From contig JBGCDR010000129.1 in NCBI GenBank assembly GCA_045105515.1, positions 1 to 13,892 on the forward strand: a stretch of DNA of 13,892 nt, written 5' to 3'. Position numbers and translations under genes: made by a program. The notes beneath the pieces are model-generated. The model did not search any database. It saw nothing but the letters and a program-made list of their open reading frames with translations, and was not told the DNA's origin. Shown in pieces: positions 1 through 8,296 of the stretch. Source of the DNA: Oligoflexales bacterium (GTDB taxonomy: Bacteria; Bdellovibrionota_B; Oligoflexia; Oligoflexales; Bog-1112). Numbering within the stretch: the first letter of the stretch is position 1; each line of letters starts with the position of its first letter.

Positions 1-184
1 AATGCTGCTAATGCATTATAAAAAAAACCGTTCGAAACTACAAAAATGTTGTTGGATAAGCATTTTTTTCAGAATTAATTTGTCTCTATTCTGAATCTAT
101 GAGTCAGGAGGCTTAAATGTGGTTTGTCCAAACTAGAATTATGTTAGTAACATTAGTCTAATCGGCTAAAGAGAAAGTTATATG

Positions 185-359
185 TATTGAATTAATCAAT
201 AACTGTTCTCACGCTTTCGCATTTTTGCGAAAAAAATGTGTCAAAACATCCTCTAAGCAGATTTCTATAATGCGAATACATGCGAACAATTAAAGAGAAA
301 TAATGTATAGAAATCCGATTTTTTTCCGAAAAGCCTGTAGAGAAAAATGTTAAAACATC
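185..359. promoter_or_regulatory. Cluster of dyad and direct repeats upstream of the gene at 423 (putative transcription factor sites)
   Basis: TATTGA-ATTAA-TCAATA dyad (185-201); TTTCGCA-TTTT-TGCGAAA dyad (215-232); TGCGAA direct repeats 10 bp apart (271-276, 281-286); AAAAATGT...AAAACATC twice (232-250, 343-359). Confidence 0.35.
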
Positions 360-422
360 TTAATTATTTACTATAATTTTTATTGTTATGTAATCTAATA
401 GATATATTGGGGAAATCATCAA

Positions 423-1607
423 ATGAACTTAATTTATTCGCAAACCATGTTATGGCTTTTCTTACTGGCATCTATGGGCTCATGTGGTAAGGCTAACTTT
501 TCTCAGTCCAAATCAAACAAAAATAAGCAATATAGTGAAAACAAAGGTGCAGATGCTATTGGTAAGCCTGCTGAACAGCCCTCAGATAGTGGCGAGCAAG
601 GGAATGGTCAAGAAGCTCGAAATGATGGTGGTGATTCTATAAGTGACAATGGTCAAGATGATAGTGATTGTGTTGAAGACGGTTGTTCATATCAAGATGG
701 CTCAGATATCCCTGGCGGCGAAAGTGATAAAGGAAGTGACATGCCACAGAACGGTGATTCTGATGAGGGAGCTAATGGCTGTGATAACGAAAATAGCTGC
801 GATGACAAGGATGATCCCAAAAATTGTGATGACGGTGAATGCGATGATGATGTGGAAGATGGAAATCATATGCCTTGTGAAGGAATGTCATGTAAGTCTG
901 ATGAGGATTCATCAAATGAATGTGACTCCGAAAAGTGCCATGAAAAGCCTTGTGACAACAATGGTGCCTGTAAAGATTGTACAGATGAATGTAGCAACTG
1001 CTCTCCTGAACAAGATCCACCCGAAATAGTGGTCGTCGAAGATGGTATCAAAGGAGGACATTTTGATGTAGATACCTTCTACCGCGATGATATGGATAAA
1101 AAAGGGAAAAAGGGCAAGAATGGCCATGACAGTTTTAAACTAAAAGAGCACGTACATGAATATGATGATAAATATTCAACAAATGGGGTAAACTTTTTTG
1201 GCCCAAGCAATGGAAGTGATAAAGCTGATGAAGTAAAGATCGATGATTTAATCTCGGAAAATATAAAATTTGGTATAAAATTGGTGAACGCAAAATTTAA
1301 CCAAGGTGGTTTCTTATATATAGGTGATACTGCTTATGGATATAATAATTTGCCAGACCCTAAAAAAGAATATACAAAATCGGACATCGGAAAACTAAGT
1401 ATAGTTTTTGATCTTGATAGCTTATCCGAAAACGGTATCCAGCCAGCAACACCGAAATGGGTTAAAGACAATGATTTAGGTCCGGAAGATAGTAGAAGAA
1501 GTGGAGCTTTAACATTCCAAATTATTGACTTAAGTAGCGGCGAAGTTTTAATAGAATGTTCAGTCTACTGGCATAAAGATGGCTTGAAAAAATTCAGTTT
1601 TCTTTAA
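423..1607 (+). CDS. Probable lipoprotein with Asp/Cys-rich low-complexity stalk and uncharacterised C-terminal domain
   Basis: 394-aa ORF with a GGGG element about 10 nt upstream. Hydrophobic stretch ends in SMGS-C21 (lipobox-like). There are 15 Cys in the acidic region aa 83-193, then a globular region with GGHFDVDT, HVHEYDD, RSGALTFQ and SVYWH motifs. Confidence 0.8.
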   Translation: MNLIYSQTMLWLFLLASMGSCGKANFSQSKSNKNKQYSENKGADAIGKPAEQPSDSGEQGNGQEARNDGGDSISDNGQDDSDCVEDGCSYQDGSDIPGGESDKGSDMPQNGDSDEGANGCDNENSCDDKDDPKNCDDGECDDDVEDGNHMPCEGMSCKSDEDSSNECDSEKCHEKPCDNNGACKDCTDECSNCSPEQDPPEIVVVEDGIKGGHFDVDTFYRDDMDKKGKKGKNGHDSFKLKEHVHEYDDKYSTNGVNFFGPSNGSDKADEVKIDDLISENIKFGIKLVNAKFNQGGFLYIGDTAYGYNNLPDPKKEYTKSDIGKLSIVFDLDSLSENGIQPATPKWVKDNDLGPEDSRRSGALTFQIIDLSSGEVLIECSVYWHKDGLKKFSFL

Positions 1608-1612
1608 ACTTC

Positions 1613-2443
1613 TTAGTTCATATACTTCCCAAGCAATTTTTCAAGCTCTTGTTGCCTTTCTAATTTTGAAATTCCTGCATCAATGATGCCTTTGAGCTCA
1701 AAGGCATATTTAAATTTTTTCGAGATCATCATATAAAAATGATCTAAATTTGCGTTTGGAATTTCTTCTGTTGTGATGGAGCCATTTAAGAAGTAGTCCT
1801 CACCTAGATTCTTAAAACCAGCTATAATTTCATATCTTGCAATAAATGCTGTACAGCGATTACTAGCAACCATCTGCGTTAGTGATTCAAAGTTTTTAGC
1901 ATCCATATTGATTTTTTCATTATCTATGCCCTTTGAAAATCCTTCATAGTTATACCCGAATAAGCCGCATATTGTCCCTAGGTTAAATATGTTAGATGCG
2001 GATTTAAATTTAGGAAGACCATTTGGGAAATTTTTTTTCAAGTAAAATATTTTTGGGGTAATATGATAGTAGTCTCTGGTTAGTAAGTATTTTTCTTCTC
2101 TTTCTTGCGAATAAGAAGCATCAAGTGCTATGGTGTATTGGCTATTGTCAACCGACTTTTGCAAGCATCGTTTCCATGGTGGAAGGAAAAATTTAGTTTT
2201 AATATTTGCTTCATTCAAGATTTTTGACAATAGATCTACAGTATAGCCAACAATCTTATCAGTTTTTTTACCTTTTTTATTTCTTTCTCAGTAAATATAA
2301 GGTGGCCATTCAGCTCCATCTCCACACACATTGATAGATAGACCTTCTAAATGGTGAGTTTGTGCATTTGAAAATTCTATACAAAAATTAAAAGCAGAAG
2401 AACATATAAATGATCCAAGTAAGGTATTGAAAATTCGTTTCAT
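1613..2443 (-). pseudogene. Family-3 (amino-acid-type) periplasmic solute-binding protein interrupted by an in-frame TGA at codon 52
   Basis: ATG at 2443-2441 has an AAGGA RBS and is in frame with the 1613..2230 ORF (831 nt, 277 codons). It reads MKRIFNTLLGSFICSSAFNFC...GDGAEWPPYIY*ERNKKGKKTDKIVGYTVDLLSKIL...LPPWKRC. The signal peptide and the WPPY, GYxVDL and PWKRC motifs are typical of SBP_bac_3. The TGA is at 2290-2288. Confidence 0.8.
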
Positions 2444-2515
2444 TTATTAGTCCTTTATTAACCTGCTATTTGAAACCTAAGCTGATTTATATTGCTCTGG
2501 GGCATCTAGAAAAGT

Positions 2516-3253
2516 TTAGCAAAAAACCTGTGAAACCTGCTGAAAATCCTTAGTCTCTGAAAAGACAACAGTTTTTGCGCCATCATGATTTGGAGTTAAA
2601 GCTATTATTTGATCACTAATCTTAATGGCTTGATCGATGTCATGGGTGACAATTAAAATGGCTTTTTCTTCAGCTAGTCTTTTGATAAGGGATTCAATTT
2701 CTTTGGTAGCACCAGGATCTAAAGAAGAAGTCGGTTCGTCCATCATCAGGATCTTGGGTCCAACAGCAAGACTACGAGAAATTGCTAAGCGTTGTTGCTG
2801 CCCAATGGATAAATGAAGGGCATGTTCATGTAGTCTATTTTTGACCTCTTCCCATAGGAAGGCGTCTTTAAGACATTGTTCCACCAGGGGATAGTAGTCC
2901 TTTGATTTCCGAGGTTCTACATGTCTGATACCAAATATGACATTTTTAAAAATACTAGTAGGGAATATAGTAGGCTTTTGAAACACAAGACCAATTCTTC
3001 TTCTGATTTCGTATTTATTGCTATTAGGAGAATATAAACTTTCATTCTCTAAAAAAATATTACCTTTAATATCATAACCATCACATTCGTCTAGTAACCT
3101 ATTGATAGATCTTAATAAGGTTGTTTTACCTGCTCCGCTTGGTCCTACAACAGAAGTAATAGAATTCTTATAGATAGAAAATTCTGCGTCCTTCAAAATG
3201 ACACTATTTTGATTTTTTATAGTCAAGTCCGAGACTGTCAGCAATGGTTCCAC
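2516..3253 (-). CDS. pstB: Phosphate ABC transporter ATP-binding protein (PstB-like)
   Basis: Walker A GPSGAGKTT followed by LLRSINRL, Q-loop VFQKPTIFPTSI, LWEEVKNRL, signature LSIGQQQRL, Walker B LMMDEPTSSLDP, H-loop IVTHD. GTG start with GGAG RBS; last gene of the pst cluster. Confidence 0.9.
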   Translation of the reverse strand: MEPLLTVSDLTIKNQNSVILKDAEFSIYKNSITSVVGPSGAGKTTLLRSINRLLDECDGYDIKGNIFLENESLYSPNSNKYEIRRRIGLVFQKPTIFPTSIFKNVIFGIRHVEPRKSKDYYPLVEQCLKDAFLWEEVKNRLHEHALHLSIGQQQRLAISRSLAVGPKILMMDEPTSSLDPGATKEIESLIKRLAEEKAILIVTHDIDQAIKISDQIIALTPNHDGAKTVVFSETKDFQQVSQVFC

Positions 3254-3262
3254 ACCTTACTC

Positions 3263-4144
3263 CTATTTTTGTCGTGCTTCTTCATGACTTCTGCTTCTAA
3301 ACGGTGCAAGGCATAAACTGACTAAAAGCACAAAGCAGATTAAAACAAAAGCTGTTGCCCAAGCTCCAGATATGGCACCATCGCCAAGAAAATCTTGAGC
3401 CATATTGAAAATATGATAAGGCAAAGCTAATACAGGATTATCTTTTACTCCAGTTGGGAAGGTTGCTCCAGAAAATACTACTGCCGTGAACATAATGGGA
3501 GCTGTCTCACCAGCAGCTCTTGCTAAACCCATGAACAAACCTGTAAGTAGGCCTCCGTAACCGTAAGGAATTAGTATACTCTTGATTAGGTCATCATCTG
3601 TTAAACCTAAGGATTTTGCGGTTTCTAAATATCCATGGGGAATAGTCTCGATTCGGTTTATCAGGGACAAAGTCACAGTAGGTAAAATCATTATAGCTAA
3701 AATAACACCACCTCCCAACCAAGACTTATCCCATTCACAAAATTTAACGAAAAATATAAATCCCACAATCCCAAAAAGAATGGAAGGAGTTGCGTTCAAT
3801 AAATGTAAGGCAGAGCGAATCCAAACTTTTAAGCTTGGAAAGCTGCTGGTACGTTCAAGAATAGAGATTGCGACAGCAAAAGGGGTGGTAATCAATGCTG
3901 CAGTAGATATTAGTACTAGAGTTCCTAGAATTTGATAAACAATACCCCCTTCTAAGCCTCCAGACTTAGCCGCAGAGATAAGAAAACTAAAATCAAGTCG
4001 ATCCCAACCTTTTTTTAAGGCTACGAAGAGGATGAATCCAAGAACGAATGCACCGAAGCTGCTACATAATGAAAATACAAATCTTGCTGCATTTTCACAT
4101 GATTTACTTCTTAGCAGTGAGTTGGAAAAATGTTTAAATTTCAT
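3263..4144 (-). CDS. pstA: Phosphate ABC transporter permease PstA
   Basis: Multi-TM protein with GGIxxxILGTL, PSILFGIVG, an EAA-like loop (YLETAKSLG), ARAAGETAPIMFT and LPYHIF. Start overlaps the pstC stop (ATGA). Confidence 0.9.
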   Translation of the reverse strand: MKFKHFSNSLLRSKSCENAARFVFSLCSSFGAFVLGFILFVALKKGWDRLDFSFLISAAKSGGLEGGIVYQILGTLVLISTAALITTPFAVAISILERTSSFPSLKVWIRSALHLLNATPSILFGIVGFIFFVKFCEWDKSWLGGGVILAIMILPTVTLSLINRIETIPHGYLETAKSLGLTDDDLIKSILIPYGYGGLLTGLFMGLARAAGETAPIMFTAVVFSGATFPTGVKDNPVLALPYHIFNMAQDFLGDGAISGAWATAFVLICFVLLVSLCLAPFRSRSHEEARQK

Positions 4145-5034
4145 TGAGTCTTACCTATAATCTTCTCACTAAGATATGACAGAGAAGCTACACAAAACCA
4201 TAAACACAAAGCTATACTCATCAATGACTGCCAGTGCATGTCATCGCCATATGCTATTGCAAGTTCGGCCCCACCTAATTTGGTTGTAAAGGTTTGTCCG
4301 CTACCAATAAATGCTTGGAGTGAAAAAGATTCAGGTGAAAAAGGCATGTCTGAACGTCCAATGACAAGATAGATAGCAATTGTTTCTCCAATTGCCCGTC
4401 CTAAACCGAGCATATTCGCTCCTATTAGTCCCTTTCTAGCTTTGACAAGAACCACAAAAAAAATAACCTGTAGGCGACTCAATCCTAAACCTAGTGCCTC
4501 TTCACGCATTTCTTTGGGCACACATCTTAAAGCATCATCGGCAAAGGTCATAACGGTGGGAAGAATCATAATTGCTAATACTAAAACACCAGCAAGCAAT
4601 GAGTCTCCTGAGTCTCCACCAGCTGCAATAATGAGAGGAGTAATGTTCGGTAATATGAAAGCTATCCCTAAAAGGCCATAAACTACAGAAGGTACTCCAG
4701 CCAATAGCTCAATCATGATTTTGATGAGTGCCCGCCTTGAACCGCTTAAGTACTCAGAAGTGTAAATAGCTGCTCCGAGTGCAATAGGTGATGCGAGTAA
4801 AGCTCCACCAAATGAAACCATAAAAGTGCCAATTGCCATAGAGAAGATATTGAAACTTCCACTACGAAAATCCCAGAAATAGCTACTAAAAACTCTACCT
4901 TCTAATATTCCAGGAAGGCCATCTTTTGCAATAAAGCCAATCATAGAAAGCAGAAACAAAAATGAAAATCCAGAAAAAACAATCGGAAAATATCGAAACA
5001 TATCCCAAACTCTTTTTTGCTTATGATTGTTCAC
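4141..5034 (-). CDS. pstC: Phosphate ABC transporter permease PstC
   Basis: Multi-TM protein with IELLAGVPSVVYGLLG, LAIMILPT, EAA loop (MREEALGLG) and GRAIGETIA. Overlaps the 3' end of pstS by 14 nt. Confidence 0.9.
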   Translation of the reverse strand: MNNHKQKRVWDMFRYFPIVFSGFSFLFLLSMIGFIAKDGLPGILEGRVFSSYFWDFRSGSFNIFSMAIGTFMVSFGGALLASPIALGAAIYTSEYLSGSRRALIKIMIELLAGVPSVVYGLLGIAFILPNITPLIIAAGGDSGDSLLAGVLVLAIMILPTVMTFADDALRCVPKEMREEALGLGLSRLQVIFFVVLVKARKGLIGANMLGLGRAIGETIAIYLVIGRSDMPFSPESFSLQAFIGSGQTFTTKLGGAELAIAYGDDMHWQSLMSIALCLWFCVASLSYLSEKIIGKTQ

Positions 5035-5860
5035 TTGAATCTAAAGATAGATATCCATGCTTCTTCACAAGTTTTTGTCCTTGAGGAGAAAGAAGGTATT
5101 TGATGAATTCATTGCTTTGGTTGGTAGCTTTACCATTAGTAATTAACAAGAGTGGTCGACGCATCGGGTATTTCCCTGATTCGATATTTTCTCTGCTAGC
5201 TCCTACTGATATTTCTCCAACGCTGAGACTAATTGCCATTACTTTATCGTTATTCCATGCCCAGGATGCTGATAGCTGGGTAATACCACCTGGATTGCTT
5301 GCTACTTTGCTTCTAGCTTCTTGGTTGGCTCCAACTTCAGGGTGAAATACCTTAGGCGCATATTTTGCTTTTCCATAAACATATTTAGCAAATACTTCCC
5401 ATGTTCCACGCCCAGGCTCTTTGTTGAAGAAAACAATTTTTTGCTTTGGACCTCCAACTTTGTTCCAATTTTTTATTTTGCCTTCATAAATCAGTTTTAT
5501 CTGTTCTTTGGTCAGTGATTTAACCCCTTTATTATACAAGCTTCTAGAGACCACTAGAGCCACTCCATCATAGCCTATTGAGTGTGAAACAAAGCTTGCT
5601 TTAGGAAACTTTTTTTTATCGTTTTCACTTACAGGTCTGGAGCTCATCCCTATATCACATAGGCCTTCAGCCAAATATGATATACCTCCACTACTCCCAC
5701 CTTGGGTATCGACATAGATTTTCCAACCTTTTTCTCTAAAATGTTCTGCTGCTTCAGATACTACTGGATTAACTGTACTAGAGCCATTGATCTTGATTTT
5801 CTGAGCAAGCGATAGTGAGCTATAGGTCATTAATATAAAGGCTATAAATAGAATCTTCAT
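5021..5860 (-). CDS. pstS: Phosphate ABC transporter substrate-binding protein (PstS-like, PBP2 type)
   Basis: Sec signal peptide (SLA-Q), INGSSTV, GGSSGG, DIGMSSR, GYDGVALVV, IYEGKIKNW, GKYPMRRPL and LSPQGQKLV. GGTGAGG RBS. Confidence 0.88.
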   Translation of the reverse strand: MKILFIAFILMTYSSLSLAQKIKINGSSTVNPVVSEAAEHFREKGWKIYVDTQGGSSGGISYLAEGLCDIGMSSRPVSENDKKKFPKASFVSHSIGYDGVALVVSRSLYNKGVKSLTKEQIKLIYEGKIKNWNKVGGPKQKIVFFNKEPGRGTWEVFAKYVYGKAKYAPKVFHPEVGANQEARSKVASNPGGITQLSASWAWNNDKVMAISLSVGEISVGASRENIESGKYPMRRPLLLITNGKATNQSNEFIKYLLSPQGQKLVKKHGYLSLDSSEQS

Positions 5861-6187
5861 ATTTGCCTCACCAGATAGTTTGATAGTTATATTTCATCAT
5901 AGCATAGTTCTAAATATGATCAGCCAGGCAAAAAGGAGCACTAAGCATGAGAAAAAACTAATATAATCGAAACTAGTTCCTACTTGATTTGAAAGTGTAA
6001 ACCGATGAAAGCTAGGGAATTGGAGTGCCTTTATATCTTATAAATAATAATTCAACCGTAGAAATTTGACCACGTAGTATCGATATAAAAAATAAAAACA
6101 ATAATATGTAGATCTAGTTGGAACACTTGATCATTGTGCCGATAATTACTAAAGAGTACGAATTAAAGGTGGAGTTATGCAAGAGCT

Positions 6188-6841
6188 CTAGTTCATAATC
6201 TGTATTCTAACAAAGTGTAGACTTTGATAGAGAACTAAACCATTACATAAATGCCATAAGAAATGAGTTCCCATAGGTAAAATTGGACAAATGAATTCAT
6301 CTATTGCGCGAAAAAAAAGGGAAAAACATAAAATACCAGATGCCTTTAGCAAAAAGAAATATCCTGTATGTTCACGGATTTTACTTAACACACCTAAGCT
6401 AGCTAAAGTGATTAGAGCGCCAAAGTAATTCTGAGAACCATTTGCAAGTGTTGAAGGTACCTGCGCACCAATTAGAGTTACGATCGCGAAGTATGATATT
6501 AGCATTACTGTATGTTGAGGTTTAAAATCTCCACAAACCATCATATATATTGGCAAATAACTGACCAAGTACACGCCGATTGGAATCACATCAGCAAGCA
6601 TCGCCCAACGTGTTGCAAAGGAATGGAATAGGCTAGAGCCAACCCCAATTGTAAATACCAGAATTATGAGATATAAGTATAAATACTTATGGGGGCGTTT
6701 GTTTCCCATATTTGGATCTAAATATTGTCGAATATGAACTATTGCAGCAAATATAAAGCTGAAATTAGAAACTAGGTTTAGAGGTTCAGCTAAAAGATCT
6801 TGGCTCATTCTCTCGCAATATAAGTCGATGTGTTCATTCAC
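6188..6841 (-). CDS. Ceramidase-domain (CREST superfamily) membrane protein
   Basis: YCER, AEPLNLVSN, SxxxH (GSSLFH), LADVIPI and HxxxH (THFLWH) motifs with about 7 hydrophobic segments. GTG start with AGAGGAG RBS. Confidence 0.85.
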   Translation of the reverse strand: MNEHIDLYCERMSQDLLAEPLNLVSNFSFIFAAIVHIRQYLDPNMGNKRPHKYLYLYLIILVFTIGVGSSLFHSFATRWAMLADVIPIGVYLVSYLPIYMMVCGDFKPQHTVMLISYFAIVTLIGAQVPSTLANGSQNYFGALITLASLGVLSKIREHTGYFFLLKASGILCFSLFFRAIDEFICPILPMGTHFLWHLCNGLVLYQSLHFVRIQIMN

Positions 6842-7249
6842 TATAATGACTCCTCTTGTAGATAAACTCCCAAGCTTATTTGAAAGATACTAAAAATTGG
6901 GGTAATTTTTAGATTCCCATATTTATTACAAATTGTTAACCATTCTGCCGGCACTTTTTCTTCGCAGCTATTATTTGTCAAAATGTCTGTTTCTTAAATC
7001 TACTTCCTCTGGATCGAAAAGCAAACAAAAGAGTAAAAAATGTGGCCAGTGAGTGAACTGCTTTAAGATTTGTACTTTTACAATTTCAATTAGTTCGAAA
7101 ACACATTCTAGTTACCAATTTATCGGCCTAGCAAGCAAGTATAGGCTCTAATAATAATTCAATCGAAACTAATGAGATTAATAAGCTTGACTAGGTAGGG
7201 ATAAGTGCAAAGTTGGCTTTGACTCTTATTTTTTAATCTACATTCACTC

Positions 7250-7741
7250 TTAGGTGGCAAGTAGCCCCGACTGATTAAACATATCTAAAAATACCTTGAT
7301 GAAGTAGTGTTTAACCGTTTTTTCAGCCTCAACGTCTGGTACCTGAATCCATGCTTCAACTGCTGAATCATATCTTAGAAATCTTATATTGTAAGTGTCT
7401 AGGAACGTGAAAATACCTTTAGTAACGATGCTATTATCCTGTATAGGAAGTGAGTAGAATAGACGAAGATGATGTGAAGCTAACTGATAAAGTAATCTAT
7501 TGCCAGGGTGAGCGAAGTTTCCCCCACCAATCAATATATCCTTTTGCTTGTATGGAATGTCACTTTCATTGTAGTTATTTTCTCCCAAACAATTTATAAA
7601 ATCAGATATTATTTCTGGTGTTTCCAGTGATAGAGTTAAAAATACACTGTTTCTATCAATATGGTTTCTTGTATTTTCTTGGGCAGCCATGGATATAGAT
7701 GTGGCAAACATTAATTGTAAACAAATAATCAAATTTTTCAT
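7250..7741 (-). CDS. Secreted hypothetical protein
   Basis: 163-aa ORF with an N-terminal Sec-type signal (MKNLIICLQLMFATSISMA-A). No family recognised. Confidence 0.7.
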   Translation of the reverse strand: MKNLIICLQLMFATSISMAAQENTRNHIDRNSVFLTLSLETPEIISDFINCLGENNYNESDIPYKQKDILIGGGNFAHPGNRLLYQLASHHLRLFYSLPIQDNSIVTKGIFTFLDTYNIRFLRYDSAVEAWIQVPDVEAEKTVKHYFIKVFLDMFNQSGLLAT

Positions 7742-7879
7742 GAACTTAGAACCTAGGTGATTAATGAAAGAGCAGTGAGTATAAACTAATTATGTGGAAA
7801 GGCAAGCTGAAGTGCAAAATAAAATTTGAGCGAAAGGTCTTTGTAAAAATTACCGCCAAACTGTACAAATGCAACAATA

Positions 7880-8296
7880 TTATTTTTCCAAATCCAGTTT
7901 CTCGCTTTTCAAGTAGAGCTTAAGGAAAGAATTTATTTTGGAAATCTCAAAGGGCTTGTCTATAAATATAACATCATTAAATAAGTGCTTGTTGGGGTTT
8001 AATTCTAGCTCAGAAAAAAATCCTGAAGTAAATATAACGGGAACAATTTTGGTTTTAAATTTATTTCTAAATTGCTTTATAAACTCCATTCCATCCATAT
8101 TAGGCATGAAATAGTCGGTTATCACTGCATCAAAATCAAATTTTTCACATAATTCTAAACCCTCAACCCCATCAGTTGCGGTTACAGTAACCAAGTCGAG
8201 ATCGGATAAATGTAGTAAACCAAGCGATATAGATTCTAATAACGCTTGGTCGTCATCGATAACAAGAATTTTATAACTATCCTTTTCATTAGACAT
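7880..8296 (-). CDS. Single-domain response regulator (CheY-like receiver)
   Basis: ILVIDDD acidic pocket, phospho-acceptor Asp in VITDYFMPNMDG, FTSG and DKPF. No output domain. GAGG RBS. Confidence 0.92.
   Translation of the reverse strand: MSNEKDSYKILVIDDDQALLESISLGLLHLSDLDLVTVTATDGVEGLELCEKFDFDAVITDYFMPNMDGMEFIKQFRNKFKTKIVPVIFTSGFFSELELNPNKHLFNDVIFIDKPFEISKINSFLKLYLKSEKLDLEK

Noticed and set aside
643..1127. Alternative-frame ORFs 643..1029(+), 772..1020(-), 866..1051(-), 912..1127(-)
   Set aside because: Shadows of the GAT/TGT-rich low-complexity region of 423..1607, with no independent coding signals.
2288..2290. Selenocysteine or genome-wide TGA recoding
   Set aside because: The sequence after the TGA is A-rich with no SECIS-like hairpin and the context is not a redox Cys motif. 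TGA serves as a normal stop for pstC and the DUF1552 gene, and Trp is encoded by TGG elsewhere.
3582..5518. Plus-strand ORFs antisense to the pst genes
   Set aside because: Fully overlap well-supported genes and have no recognisable motifs.
5898..6037. Minus-strand open frame with hydrophobic tail (...YISFFSCLVLLFAWLIIFRTML) upstream of pstS
   Set aside because: No plausible start codon with an RBS upstream of the hydrophobic segment; hydrophobicity is expected from T-rich DNA.
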